Source: Pirellulales bacterium
GTDB lineage: Bacteria; Planctomycetota; Planctomycetia; Pirellulales; JAICIG01
NCBI GenBank assembly: GCA_040901675.1
Contig: JBBDYJ010000032.1
Span: forward strand, 96,756 to 160,755
DNA length: 64,000 bases
Reading direction: 5' to 3'
The translations under genes and the position numbers were made by a program. Below the pieces are notes generated by a model. The model did no database searches, was not told the DNA's origin, and saw nothing but the letters and a program-made list of their open reading frames with translations. This document shows positions 1-9,946 of the stretch, one piece after another. Every line of letters starts with the position of its first letter. The stretch's first letter is position 1.

Positions 1-145
1 CCCCATAAATGGGGTCACTACGAACACGAGTCGGCAGACTTCCGGTCCGTCGAAATCGCTTTAGTGGCGGAAGTTGCTGGGAATGGAAGACCCCATAAAT
101 GGGGTCACTACGAACACGAGTCGGCAGACTTCCGGTCCGTCGAAA
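1..145. repeat. Two identical 55-bp direct repeats (1-55, 91-145), each starting with the hairpin CCCCATAAATGGGG followed by TCACTAC; GTAG-family REP-like
   Basis: Exact 55-nt match read from the sequence; the reverse strand reads GTAG followed by a palindrome, the REP signature. Confidence 0.8.
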
Positions 146-150
146 ACCGG

Positions 151-203
151 CCCGAATTCTGGCGAATTCGGCTACTAAGCCACCCAGCGGCGAATTCGGC
201 TAC
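151..203. repeat. REP-like palindrome CCCGAATTCTGGCGAATTCGGCTAC plus a partial second copy
   Basis: CCGAATTC...GAATTCGG inverted repeat ending in CTAC; GCGAATTCGGCTAC recurs at about 190-203. Confidence 0.65.
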
Positions 204-1672
204 GGGGCGCTGCCGCTCAATGTTTCCAGACGGGTGCTCGCCTCCTCGGCCGCCTTGGTGCCTGGGAAATCGGTGATCAGCTTGCGGTAGAACTTCGTGG
301 CGGCTGTCCTGCCCGGCTTCGATTCCAGTGAGCGAGTGGAACGCAGCAGGGCCTGGGCCATCGCTTCATAGCGGTCAGGGTCGAAATGCCGGTACCAGCG
401 CCCCACCACCTTCTGACGCTCGGAGGCCGCGACGCCGTCGGGCGATCCCAGGTCGTCGCCTCCGGCCAGCGCGACCAGTGCCTGGTGGGCCAGGTGCCGC
501 GTGCGGGGAGCGGGATCGGACAACATGCGAACGAGCGACCAGGCCACGTCGTTGCGTGTTGCGTCGCTGAACTGATCGCCGAACTGGGCGATCGCGGCCG
601 CTGCGGCCAGGCGGCTCTCCGGATCGCGGCTTTTCAAATCGAGGGCCGCCTGTTGGGGCGTCAAGGCCAGATCTTTCTTGAAACGCGCGGCCCAACTCTG
701 CTTCAATTGCTGCAGCCGCCTGGCGTACGGGGCATCGTCGGGCACGTCGCGGCCCACGTTGTCGAGGGCAAACTGCACCAGGGCGGGATCGCCGGACTTG
801 GACAGCTCGGTTTCGAGCTTGCGTGAAATCACCAGGATCGGGCAACTGGCTGAAATATAGGCCGCCTTGTTCAGCCCCCGCACCAAGGCAGGGATCGCGT
901 CGGGGCCGAGCACGTCGAACTGGCGGCGAGCTAATTCTCCCTCGCGGCCGGGCAACTGGCCGATGTCGTACTGGATGAAGCGGTCGACAACGTCGTCGAA
1001 CTGAGGCTGCTGGATTGGCAGGCCATCCAGCGCATTTCTCGATGAGGATACGCTGGACATCTGGCCGCTGAGCGGTCCGAGCAGCGTTCGATTCCGTGGG
1101 GGCTCCTGACCGGTGACCAGACGGGCTGGGGCCATAACTTGCCGCAGGGCGCCGACCAGTTGCTCGAATTCCTGGGCGACGGCGGCAGCCGACTCGATGC
1201 TTGCGGCCGAGCCGGGCTCGGCAGCCGTGACGGGAGCTGCCGTGTGCTGGTCGCTGGCATCCGCAGCCGACGGCGCAGTCTCCAGGACTCCCAGTTGGCC
1301 CTGCTCCACCCGCTCGTCGGCGAAACTCAGCGTGAGGATGAGGGTTTCGCTGTACTTGGCTGCATGCTGGGGGATGATGAACGACCCCAACAGCACCATC
1401 AAGAGCAGGTGCAGAACGAAGCTGCTCAGCCAACTGGGCAGCGCCCGCTGGGTATCGAGGTGCAACCGCTCGCGAGTGCGCCGTTGCCGCATCTCCTGGG
1501 CCACGCTGGGGCGCCGTCCGGGACGGGGCAACACGCCGATTTCCGGCTTGGTATCAGCCGGTAGATCCGGCGGTTGGCGGGGCGACTGCGTGGCCTGCTC
1601 GACCGCCGCGGCCCCCGCAGTGGACCAGCGCCGAAGCTGCTGAACTCTGTCGTGTTGAGCTCTGTCGCGCAT
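200..1672 (-). CDS. Membrane-anchored hypothetical protein with HEAT-like repeats
   Basis: 490-aa ORF; TM segment SWLSSFVLHLLLMVLLG; HEAT-like segments (LKSRDPESRLAAAAAI, LSDPAPRTRHLAHQALVALA); C-terminal YRKLITDFPGTKAAEEA. Confidence 0.7.
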   Translation of the reverse strand: MRDRAQHDRVQQLRRWSTAGAAAVEQATQSPRQPPDLPADTKPEIGVLPRPGRRPSVAQEMRQRRTRERLHLDTQRALPSWLSSFVLHLLLMVLLGSFIIPQHAAKYSETLILTLSFADERVEQGQLGVLETAPSAADASDQHTAAPVTAAEPGSAASIESAAAVAQEFEQLVGALRQVMAPARLVTGQEPPRNRTLLGPLSGQMSSVSSSRNALDGLPIQQPQFDDVVDRFIQYDIGQLPGREGELARRQFDVLGPDAIPALVRGLNKAAYISASCPILVISRKLETELSKSGDPALVQFALDNVGRDVPDDAPYARRLQQLKQSWAARFKKDLALTPQQAALDLKSRDPESRLAAAAAIAQFGDQFSDATRNDVAWSLVRMLSDPAPRTRHLAHQALVALAGGDDLGSPDGVAASERQKVVGRWYRHFDPDRYEAMAQALLRSTRSLESKPGRTAATKFYRKLITDFPGTKAAEEASTRLETLSGSAP

Positions 1673-1843
1673 GGCACGCCTCTTTCGAATCGAGGAGTAT
1701 TCCCGCCTCCACGGTCGTGCTCAAGAGCGCGGCTGGAAGATGTCGCATGAATGAAATGAAAAGCCCTGTTCCCGCCGCTATCGGCATAAGATACGAATTT
1801 GCAGCGAAATGTCAAAGGAATTGTCGGTCCACCTCCAACGGCA

Positions 1844-2605
1844 TTAAGCCCCCTCGGCCTTGGTGCCCAGGTACTCGCGAACCGAGACGGTCCAACAGGC
1901 GGCGGCCAGGCCGAGGCAGGCCATCAGGACCAGCGCCAGGACCGCAAGCGGTATCGAGTCGCCGCTGAGCACGCCGCGCAGCTCAGCCTGCACTTCCATC
2001 CCGGACGCATGTGCCACCAGCGTGCGAAGGTGATACGTGACCGTGAAGGTGTTCAGCACGGCGGGCACGAACGAGAGTGCGAACTCGACCACCGCATAGA
2101 TCAGCCCCAGCACCATGGCCCGTGCCGGGATGAGCGCGCCTAGCAACAGGAAGAGCGAGCTATAGACGAACAGCGACCCCAGAACTCCGAGCCAGATGCC
2201 CCCGAGCAGCCGCGCGCCGTCGCCCGGCGAACCGATGGCTACCCAGGAAAAGTAGAGACTTGCAGAGACCGGCACGATCAGCGTCGCCACCGTGGCCGCG
2301 TACTTGGCCACGACGATCCGCCACCTGGCCAGCGGCCGAGTGAACAGGTAGCCGAGGGTTTGCCCCTCCAGCTCGGCCCCCAGCAGCGTCGAGCCGTACA
2401 AGAGGGCCAACAGCTCGCACATCACTTGCGGATACATCATGAACAGGTAGCCCGTGGAGACCTCCTTGGGCGTCTCATGCAGAATGTCGCTGGCGAAGCG
2501 CAGCAGCAGCGAAACCGCCAGCGGCAGGGCCACGAACAAGAGCAGCGCCGCGGCCCTGCGGTCCGCCAGCATCTGCCGCATATGCAGCATAAACACGCTG
2601 CTCAT
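1844..2605 (-). CDS. ABC-2 type transporter permease
   Basis: Multiple TM helices; ELEGQTLGYLFTRPLARWRIVVAKY motif; 4-nt overlap with the ATPase gene. Confidence 0.85.
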   Translation of the reverse strand: MSSVFMLHMRQMLADRRAAALLLFVALPLAVSLLLRFASDILHETPKEVSTGYLFMMYPQVMCELLALLYGSTLLGAELEGQTLGYLFTRPLARWRIVVAKYAATVATLIVPVSASLYFSWVAIGSPGDGARLLGGIWLGVLGSLFVYSSLFLLLGALIPARAMVLGLIYAVVEFALSFVPAVLNTFTVTYHLRTLVAHASGMEVQAELRGVLSGDSIPLAVLALVLMACLGLAAACWTVSVREYLGTKAEGA

Positions 2606-3534
2606 GAATCGCTCCCGACCAGGTACTTGAACACCGACTCCAGGTTGTCGTCGTCCGAAGCGACTTCGTCGATCGGCAGGCCCAGGTCCGCCACCAGCAG
2701 CGGAAGGCCGGCATAAAAAGCTTGCGGGTCGTGCGTGCGGACCGAGAGCGTTTGAAGCTTTTCGTCCAGCTCGATGCCGGTCACGGGCAGCTCGCGCAGC
2801 AGGTGATGGGCCAGCGTGGCGGCCTGTGCCGAGCGGAGCTTGATCTGGTGCGGGTGCTGGTTCATGAGCGAGCGGATCTCGTGCACGTTGCCGGAAGCGA
2901 GCAGCCGGCCGCCGTAGATCAAGAGGAAGTCGTCGGTGACGGCCTGGACCTCGTGCAGCACGTGGCTGGAGACGAGCACGCTCTTCCCCTGGGAGCCGAG
3001 CGAACGGACCAGCTCGATGATTTCGTGCCGCCCGATTGGGTCGAGCCCTGACAGCGGCTCATCGAGCACGAGGAATTCCGGATCGTGTACCAGCGCCTGG
3101 GCCAGCCGGGTGCGTTGCCGCATGCCCTTCGAGTAGCCGGCGATCCTGCGATTCATGAATTCGGCGGCTCCGACGCGGCCCAGCGCTTCGGCGGCGCGCC
3201 GCCGCGCGTCGGCGCGGCCAAACCCGCCCATCCGGGCCAGCACCGACACGAATTCCAGGCCGGTCAGATTATGGTAGAACGCGTCGTGCTCCGGGCAGTA
3301 GCCGACCAGGCGGAGCAGGCGGGGATTGTTCCAGGGTCGCTTGCCAAGCACCCGGATCGAGCCTTCGGTCGGCTTGAGCAGCCCCATGATCAGCTTGAGA
3401 AAAGTCGACTTGCCCGCGCCGTTCGGTCCCAGCAAGCCATGGACTCCCGGTGGCAGGTTGAGCGTGAGGTCGTTGAGACCCAGCACCACGCCGTACAGTT
3501 TTGTGAGCGAGACGGTCTGGATCAGCAATTGCAT
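2602..3534 (-). CDS. ABC transporter ATP-binding protein
   Basis: Walker A GPNGAGKS, signature YSKGMRQR, Walker B LVLDEP, SSH switch. Confidence 0.95.
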   Translation of the reverse strand: MQLLIQTVSLTKLYGVVLGLNDLTLNLPPGVHGLLGPNGAGKSTFLKLIMGLLKPTEGSIRVLGKRPWNNPRLLRLVGYCPEHDAFYHNLTGLEFVSVLARMGGFGRADARRRAAEALGRVGAAEFMNRRIAGYSKGMRQRTRLAQALVHDPEFLVLDEPLSGLDPIGRHEIIELVRSLGSQGKSVLVSSHVLHEVQAVTDDFLLIYGGRLLASGNVHEIRSLMNQHPHQIKLRSAQAATLAHHLLRELPVTGIELDEKLQTLSVRTHDPQAFYAGLPLLVADLGLPIDEVASDDDNLESVFKYLVGSDS

Positions 3535-3563
3535 GGCGTCAACGGTCGCGGCACGGTTTTAAG

Positions 3564-4544
3564 TCAGACGTTCAAAGGTGCGGTGACGCGTCGCCAAAGG
3601 ACCGCCAGGCAAATTGCACAGAGGCAGGCCAGCATGGCCAGCGCCAGGACGCTGGGCTGCGGCTGGCCAAGGCCGAGCTGGGCCGGATCGACTTGCATGG
3701 CGGCCAACTGGCCGCGCACGTCGAAGATGGCCTCGACCAGGACGATGGTCATCCGGTGCAGCGACAAGAGCATCGGCCACCGCGCGCCATGCAGGCCTGG
3801 CGCCGAGTCGAGGATGGCGTAGAACAATCCTCCCAGGAACCAGGTGGCGATCCAGGCAAAACTGGCAAAGCGCGGCTCGCCGGCGATTGCGGAGAAAGAG
3901 AGCATCAAGAGCGTGGCCGGCGTGGCGATGACCGCCGAGGCCGCCACGATCCGCAGCACCGTCCAGCCGGTATCGGGCAAGGCGGCCAGCGAAGGAGCAA
4001 AGCCGATGCTCAGCAGGTACAGGGCCAATGCCGGAAGCAAGGTCACCAGAAAGATGTAGGTGAGCAACACGCCGGCCTTGCCCAGCAGGTAGTCCCAGCG
4101 CGTGATCGGCTTGGAAAAGTAGAGCAAGAACGATTTGCTCCGCACGTCCTGGGCGATCAAAGGCGCGCCGACGCTGGCTACCACCAGCACCATCACGATG
4201 CTCTGCGAGATGCCGAGAAAATAATAAAAGGCCAACGACCAGGCGGCGGGCCTCACGGCCTCGGGGTTTTCGCTCAACTGCTCGGTAAGCTGAGGGCCCA
4301 GGGGCACCACGAGAATCTGGTACCAGACGTTGTTTCGGCTGTCGGAGGTCTCGGTGATGCTGCCCACGGCAAAAAACAGGGGGCCGAAGTACAACAGCGG
4401 CATCCAGGCAACGTACAGCATCCGCCGCAGCAAGCGGCTGTTCCAGGCCAGCCGCACGCCGACGGCGGTGATGGCCCATGCCCGCCGCAGTCTGCCGCCG
4501 ATGGGCCCGTGCCACTGCCGGTAGCCGAACTCATAGATCGGCAT
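3564..4544 (-). CDS. ABC-2 type transporter permease
   Basis: Hydrophobic; IAQDVRSKSFLLYFSKPITRWDYLLGK motif; operon context. Confidence 0.85.
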   Translation of the reverse strand: MPIYEFGYRQWHGPIGGRLRRAWAITAVGVRLAWNSRLLRRMLYVAWMPLLYFGPLFFAVGSITETSDSRNNVWYQILVVPLGPQLTEQLSENPEAVRPAAWSLAFYYFLGISQSIVMVLVVASVGAPLIAQDVRSKSFLLYFSKPITRWDYLLGKAGVLLTYIFLVTLLPALALYLLSIGFAPSLAALPDTGWTVLRIVAASAVIATPATLLMLSFSAIAGEPRFASFAWIATWFLGGLFYAILDSAPGLHGARWPMLLSLHRMTIVLVEAIFDVRGQLAAMQVDPAQLGLGQPQPSVLALAMLACLCAICLAVLWRRVTAPLNV

Positions 4545-5454
4545 GCTGGTTCTCGCTGATGGCCTTGAGGAAGATCTCTTCCAGACTGTTGCGGCTGGGC
4601 AGCAGTTGCCGCACGGCGACGCCCGAGCGGGCCGCCGAACGGAACACGCGCCCGCTCACTGCATCGGAAGGTCCTCGCACCCGCAGCTCGCCTGGGGCCA
4701 GCTCTTCGGCCTGGCAGCCTTCGTCGGCCAGCGCCGAGACCAGCGCGGCGGCCTGGCCTTCGAACCGCACGTGGTAGCTTTCGTCCAGGGGCCGCCGCAG
4801 GTTGTCGAGCGTGTCGTAGGCCAGCAGTCGGCCGCGGCCGAGCATCAGCACCGCGTCGCAGCAGCGTTCGACGTCGCTGAGGATGTGCGTGGAGACGACC
4901 ACGCTCACACCTTTCTCCACGGCCAGGTTGCGCACGAGCGCGAGCATCTTCATGCGTCCCTGCGGATCGAGCCCGCTGGTGGGCTCGTCGAGGAAGACCA
5001 GCTTGGGCGAGTGAATCAGCGCCTGGGCCAGCTTGACCTTCTGCTTCATTCCGGTCGAAAAGGTCTGGACCTCCCGGTAGCGTTCCTCGCCGATCCGCAC
5101 GTAGTCGAGCACCTCGTGGGCCCGGCGCAGGGCGGCGATTGCCGGCATGCCCGCCAGCCGGCCCGCGTATGCCACCGACTCGACCGCCTTCAGCCCGGCA
5201 AAGTAGCAGTCGTCTTCGGGCATGTAGCCCACCAGTTGACGGACCTGAATGCTTTGCCGCTGGACATCGTATCCCAGGACCGAGGCGCTGCCGCCGTTCA
5301 GCCGCACCAGCCCCAACAGCAGCTTGATCAGCGTGCTCTTGCCCGCTCCGTTGGGACCCAACAGGCCCACCGCCCCCGGCCGCACTTCGACCGAAATATC
5401 GTCCAGCGCCACCAGCCGCCCGTACCGCTTGCTCACCGAATCGAGCTGGATCAT
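4531..5454 (-). CDS. ABC transporter ATP-binding protein
   Basis: GPNGAGKS, FSTGMKQK, VFLDEP; start trimmed to MIQLDSV. Confidence 0.93.
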   Translation of the reverse strand: MIQLDSVSKRYGRLVALDDISVEVRPGAVGLLGPNGAGKSTLIKLLLGLVRLNGGSASVLGYDVQRQSIQVRQLVGYMPEDDCYFAGLKAVESVAYAGRLAGMPAIAALRRAHEVLDYVRIGEERYREVQTFSTGMKQKVKLAQALIHSPKLVFLDEPTSGLDPQGRMKMLALVRNLAVEKGVSVVVSTHILSDVERCCDAVLMLGRGRLLAYDTLDNLRRPLDESYHVRFEGQAAALVSALADEGCQAEELAPGELRVRGPSDAVSGRVFRSAARSGVAVRQLLPSRNSLEEIFLKAISENQHADL

Positions 5455-5500
5455 GGCAGCATGATACACGAAAAGCAAACTGCTTGGGGCACGCACAGTG

Positions 5501-6124
5501 CTATACGCGGGCGGCCAGGTGTTGCCAGCCGCTGATCCAGAGCCAGACGGCCAGGCCGGTCCAATGCAGCCAGCCATGCCGCCGCCCTCGGCCATGGTCG
5601 ACGAGCGCAAACAGCCCGATCAGCAGGCAACCCAGCGCGCCGCTCCAGGCGGAGGCGGCCCGCCCGGCATGAGCCAGCGGCCCCAGCTCGAAACCAAACC
5701 AGGCATTGAGATCGATGAGCGCCAGCGGCGCGCCGATCAACAGCACCAGCAAGCTGAAACAAAGCTTCCACAATGGCGGCACGGTTTGGCTGAGCGTGGG
5801 CAGCACCAGCAGGCAGCAGGTGACCGCGTCGACCAGCGCCTGGCTGGACGCTGGTTGCTTGGCCAGCGTGAGCCGCAGCACGGCGTCCAGCGCCAGGCGG
5901 GCGCCGAGAATCGCCAACAGCCAATGACCCGGCTCGACGGGCCAGGGACTGCCTCGCAGCCAGCGGCCGATCAGCACCAGTAGTCCCGCCCAGGCCGCCC
6001 CCGGGCCAAGCGAGGCCGCCACGACAATCACCGAACCGAGCGGTCCCGGCCGCACGTCGGCGAGTTGCCGCACGATCGATAAAAACAGGGCGCAGCCGGC
6101 CATCCACAAGAGCAGGTGGGCCAT
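5501..6124 (-). CDS. Hypothetical integral membrane protein
   Basis: Several hydrophobic helices from MAHLLLWMAG onward; upstream part of the ORF is translated repeat DNA; start uncertain. Confidence 0.65.
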   Translation of the reverse strand: MAHLLLWMAGCALFLSIVRQLADVRPGPLGSVIVVAASLGPGAAWAGLLVLIGRWLRGSPWPVEPGHWLLAILGARLALDAVLRLTLAKQPASSQALVDAVTCCLLVLPTLSQTVPPLWKLCFSLLVLLIGAPLALIDLNAWFGFELGPLAHAGRAASAWSGALGCLLIGLFALVDHGRGRRHGWLHWTGLAVWLWISGWQHLAARV

Positions 6125-6197
6125 CCCCGGCCGGGGCGGACTGGTCGATTTTGTTTTTTCGATTTTCAGAAAAGAGACACCTGAGTGCAGAGAGATC

Positions 6198-6279
6198 CGG
6201 GGCACGCTACGACTCGACTGAGCTCGCGACTCGACTGAGCTCGCCGAAGTCCGAAGTCCGCTTTGCCACCAGCCACCCC
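6198..6279 (+). repeat. REP-like host hairpin carrying a nested double insertion of a 24-bp element (6211-6258)
   Basis: GGCACGCTAC[GACTCGACTGAGCTCGC[GACTCGACTGAGCTCGCCGAAGTC]CGAAGTC]CGCTTTGCC. Confidence 0.9.
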
Positions 6280-6360
6280 GGCCCGAAGCACGACAAGGGG
6301 ACATGAGGACAAGGGACAAGGCGAACGCGGGGGATACGAAACGAAGACTGGGGCACGAAG

Positions 6361-6395
6361 ACTGGGGCACGCTAGCGCTTTGCCACCAGCCACCC
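6361..6395 (+). repeat. Empty host REP-like hairpin ACTGGGGCACGCTAGCGCTTTGCCACCAGCCACCC
   Basis: Same flanks as the 6198 copy without the insert; further copies at 42196 and 43939. Confidence 0.85.
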
Positions 6396-6410
6396 GGGCG
6401 ACCAGTCCAA

Positions 6411-6482
6411 TTCTGCCTTCATCCTTCATCCTTCTGCCTTCCCTGTTCCTACTCCTCCTTCCTCCTTCCTCCCTCCTCCTTC
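6411..6482. repeat. Heptamer tandem repeat tract (TTCATCC/TTCCTCC type)
   Basis: Read directly; overlaps the 3' end of the FIST gene. Confidence 0.8.
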
Positions 6483-7663
6483 AAGAACAGGGCTGTGCTG
6501 GCGGTGAAGCCGTGCAAAAAATTCCTGCCGCCGACCGGTCCGATCTCGCCTTGGGCAAAGAAACCGGCCAGCGGGATCTTGCCCAGCACGTCGGCCACGA
6601 CCGAAGCATCGTGGTGCGGCTGGTCGAACAGGCGCGTGCCGCGGCCGTTGCAGGTGAACATCAGGGCCGCCAATGCCGAAGGATCGCCGGCGGCCGCGCC
6701 GAGCAGCTCGCGCAGGTCTTCGTCGGCCGTGGCGGCATCGCGGACGTGGAACTGGACGGTCTGTCCGGGGCGGACATAGTCGCCGATGGCCAGCGCGCCG
6801 GTCTGTCGATCGGCCCCCACGCAGTTGCGGACCAGAAAGTCGCCCCGGCTGAACGTGTCCTGGTATTCGTTGATCACGATGCCCACGTGCAGGCCCTGTT
6901 GAACCAGGTGCTGGTCTTCCGGCGGCAGCGTGTCGAACAGCTCCTGCAATTGGACCAGGGGCGGCTTTCCGCCGATCTCGTGGATCACATTCTGCTCCGC
7001 TTTAGTGACCACAAAATGCCGGCCGATCGGCCGGCAGCCCTGTGAGACGACGGCCTGCAAGCGGAACGGTCCGTGCACCAGCGCCCCGACGGCGCCCTCG
7101 GAAAACACGCGCGGGCCCAGCAGCAGCCGGTTCTGGCCCGGCGCATGCCCGCCGCTGGCCATGCCGCCCAACACCGGCACGCCCGGCTGGTCCTCGTTGA
7201 GCCGTTCCAGCAGCAGCTCGGCCGGAAAGCTGAACGGCTCGCCCAACATCAACAAGGCCGAGCCTGGCGGCCATTGGGCCGGCAGGTCGTCGGGCCAGCC
7301 GACGAGGGTGCCTCCCTCGGGTGTCCGCTGGAATTCGAGGTGCATGGGGACGATCGTGGCTTTGGGAAGCGAGGCCAGCCAAAGCGCGACGGCCGGAGCC
7401 TGCTCGATCTCGCGGTCGTTGCCGACGATCGACTCGCCGCTGCAGCCCAGCAAGCAGCCGGGTTTCAGCTCGCCGGCGATTACCGCCGCCAGGCGATCGA
7501 ACTGCTCGGCGTGCGCGGACGAGGCAAAGACGAAGGCCAGGTCCGCTCGGCCGGCCAGTTGTTCGCCCGCCCGCCGGCACACCTCCTGGACCGCATGCTC
7601 GGTTTCAGCCGCGGTGGAAAGCGCCGCCGCGAAGCGCGGCTTCGAATTGTCCAGCGGATTCAT
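6449..7663 (-). CDS. FIST N/C domain protein
   Basis: VSQGCRPIG, GQTVQFHVRDA, FTCNGRG, LAGFFAQGEIGPVGGRNFLHGFTAS motifs. Confidence 0.9.
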   Translation of the reverse strand: MNPLDNSKPRFAAALSTAAETEHAVQEVCRRAGEQLAGRADLAFVFASSAHAEQFDRLAAVIAGELKPGCLLGCSGESIVGNDREIEQAPAVALWLASLPKATIVPMHLEFQRTPEGGTLVGWPDDLPAQWPPGSALLMLGEPFSFPAELLLERLNEDQPGVPVLGGMASGGHAPGQNRLLLGPRVFSEGAVGALVHGPFRLQAVVSQGCRPIGRHFVVTKAEQNVIHEIGGKPPLVQLQELFDTLPPEDQHLVQQGLHVGIVINEYQDTFSRGDFLVRNCVGADRQTGALAIGDYVRPGQTVQFHVRDAATADEDLRELLGAAAGDPSALAALMFTCNGRGTRLFDQPHHDASVVADVLGKIPLAGFFAQGEIGPVGGRNFLHGFTASTALFLKEEGGRRKEE

Positions 7664-8076
7664 CTCAGCGCAGTTCCTCTTCAAACGCGTTGGTACGAGA
7701 AAACGGCACGGGGCTTTCCAGGCAAGGTACCGCGCGGAGTGCCACCCCCGCGAGCCGGATGACCGTGAAAAAAAGCCCCCCGTCAGACCCCCCGCTAGAG
7801 TCGCGCTTCCCAGAAAATTCCTGGACCTTGATATGGATTATAAGTTTTTATCCATTAACGGCTTATGAAAATCTCTGCAATCGAGTCCACCTTTTCTGGA
7901 TTTTCCAATGTCAGGTTTTTCGAGTGAATCTCGACTACTAACTTGGGCCTCCCCATGACGCGGGAGGTCCGGGCGACGCGGACGGCCGCGGATCGCCATG
8001 CGACCCCCAAAGTGCGGGCACGGATAAGCTCAAAAACCGATCACCGAGGGAGTCGCGCTACTGTGGAGGACAAGTC

Positions 8077-8694
8077 ATGTCTTACGGGTTCCGCCGACCG
8101 GAACAGGAGCCGCTCTGGCTCCCCTTGCTGCGAAAGTACCTGGCAGCGATCGATGCACCTGGCGACGACACGTCGCGGTGGTGGGAAATCTGGCTGATGT
8201 TTCTGGCGGATGCGTGGCTTCAAAGCGTAGTCAAATCCGAAGCCGCCCGGGTGGCTGGTCGAGAGAAATGGCAACGGCAGCTTGCCGAAGACGTCGAGCA
8301 CGCGGCGATGGGGCTGCTGGCCAGGCAGTTGCAGCGCGACTACACCCTCAAGATGGACCGCAGCCGGATTGAGCGATCGTTCCCCGCCTGGATCCGCAAA
8401 ATCGTCCGCACGGCGTGCGTCGAGGCGCTGCGGCACCTGCGAACGCCCTATCTGGACGAACGGCCGCTGCCAGAAGGTCAGCCTGCCCCGGACGATCGTG
8501 AGCTGCTCGAGCAGCGCGAATGGTTCAGGATGCGGGCGAGCAAATTCAAGGAGCCGACGAGGTCGGTGCTGCTGCTCTCGATAGCTGGGGACAAGACGGC
8601 TGTGATCGCCCAAAAACTGGGCATCTCCGCGCGGACAGTCAACCGGCACCGCCAGCGCGGGATGCAACAACTGAAAGACCAAGCCCGGAGCTAG
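8077..8694 (+). CDS. ECF-like sigma-70 family factor (divergent)
   Basis: Region 2-like AEDVEHAA...SFPAWIRKIVRTACVEALR; region 4 HTH IAQKLGISARTVNRHRQRGMQQLK. Confidence 0.7.
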   Translation: MSYGFRRPEQEPLWLPLLRKYLAAIDAPGDDTSRWWEIWLMFLADAWLQSVVKSEAARVAGREKWQRQLAEDVEHAAMGLLARQLQRDYTLKMDRSRIERSFPAWIRKIVRTACVEALRHLRTPYLDERPLPEGQPAPDDRELLEQREWFRMRASKFKEPTRSVLLLSIAGDKTAVIAQKLGISARTVNRHRQRGMQQLKDQARS

Positions 8695-8969
8695 CTTTCG
8701 GGGGCAGAATCAGTCGGGTGGCGGCGACGGAACTCGGCGGCGAGCACCTCCGTGTAGGCGCGGTTCCAGCTCGCGAACGAGTCGATCAGCCCACCCACCG
8801 CTTTGACCTCGGCATCAGTCAGTTCGTCCCGGACCAGGCGAAGCAGGACCCGTTCGTCTACCTCCGGGCCCATCGAGTCATCCCAAAAGCGCGGCTCGGG
8901 CAAACCGAGACTTTTCCAACCAGCCCGTATCTCGTCGTCCGATTCGGGCTCCGGCTCCGGCTCTGTCAT
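8691..8969 (-). CDS. Small acidic hypothetical protein, possibly anti-sigma-like
   Basis: MTEPEPEPES...LLRLVRDELTDAEVKAVGGLIDSFASW; convergent with the sigma gene with a 4-nt overlap. Confidence 0.5.
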   Translation of the reverse strand: MTEPEPEPESDDEIRAGWKSLGLPEPRFWDDSMGPEVDERVLLRLVRDELTDAEVKAVGGLIDSFASWNRAYTEVLAAEFRRRHPTDSAPES

Positions 8970-9274
8970 GCGTGTAGTCTCCCACCAAGACCATTGAGAA
9001 CGCGTTTCCACCGTTCGGGCGCACAGACCTCCCATTCAGCCGAGCCTCTTCATCACGGTCAAATTGCCAATAGTAATCGGCGGCGGCGAGCGTGCAACAG
9101 GCCTCGAAAACTTTTGAATTGTGCCCAGATCTCTTCCTAAACGCGCTCAAAGCCAACCGTGCACGGCCTTTAGCCGACGTGAACAACGTGTAACGTCGGC
9201 GCGATCGAAATAATCTTTTGATTTTCTTGGCCAGAATCGGCCGCTCGCTGCATAGATCCTTTAGAGGGAAATTT

Positions 9275-9493
9275 ATGGATCTCATCGATCGCCGCTTCTG
9301 TCTGCAAGCGCTTGTTGCCTCGGCCATCTGGAACGTGTGGGACCGTTGCGTCGCCGCCTTTGCCCCGGCCCAGCCAGCAGACGGGCATCGGCCGCCAAAC
9401 GGGACACGCGTCCGCGACGGCCGCGGCCCATGGACGAGCTATGCCTTCGACGAGCACGGACGAGTCATCCGATCGATTCAACGTTGGGAGTAA
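9275..9493 (+). CDS. 72-aa protein with twin-arginine-like leader and one YD-like motif
   Basis: AGAGGGA RBS; MDLIDRRFCLQALVASA; TSYAFDEHGRVIRSI. Confidence 0.55.
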   Translation: MDLIDRRFCLQALVASAIWNVWDRCVAAFAPAQPADGHRPPNGTRVRDGRGPWTSYAFDEHGRVIRSIQRWE

Positions 9494-9499
9494 CCAGAA

Positions 9500-9916
9500 A
9501 TGCACGCGACTATAGCGACGCCGATCGTGGCAAAACAGTTGGAGAGGTTCCGCGAGCTGTTGCGGCTCTTGGCCGCCCTGCGGCAGATCAGCGAGCCGCT
9601 GACTACGCCCCAGGGGCTGAGAAAGGCAATCACCGCGCTCCTGGACTTGGCGGTCTTTTTGGGGTTGGACGATGCGCTGGTCGAGCGCATCCGCTTGATT
9701 CTTTTCGACGAGGGCGTGTTTCAGCTCGTGCTCGCCATCGTCGGATACCTGGCGGGCGTCCTGCGGCTGGAAGAGGGGGGCGGTGACGGCCGCCTGCGGC
9801 TGATGGCGGTCGATACCTACGCTGAATCGAATGTCGAGGCCAGGGGCTTTCTCGAATGGCTGCCGTTTGTGCTGCAACTGATCGAACTGATTCGAAGGCT
9901 GCGCCAGGAAGCTTGA
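9500..9916 (+). CDS. Hypothetical helical membrane-associated protein (holin-like candidate)
   Basis: GGGAG RBS; hydrophobic VFQLVLAIVGYLAGVL; amphipathic C-terminus EWLPFVLQLIELIRRL. Confidence 0.65.
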   Translation: MHATIATPIVAKQLERFRELLRLLAALRQISEPLTTPQGLRKAITALLDLAVFLGLDDALVERIRLILFDEGVFQLVLAIVGYLAGVLRLEEGGGDGRLRLMAVDTYAESNVEARGFLEWLPFVLQLIELIRRLRQEA

Positions 9917-9946
9917 TGCAAGCCGAAGCGCTGCGGAGCCCCCGCC

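Noticed and set aside
1..145. Possible CRISPR array (repeat, 35-nt gap, repeat)
   Set aside because: Only two copies, the 55-nt unit is long for CRISPR, it has a REP-type CTAC/hairpin signature, and there are no cas genes in the window; upstream sequence is not visible
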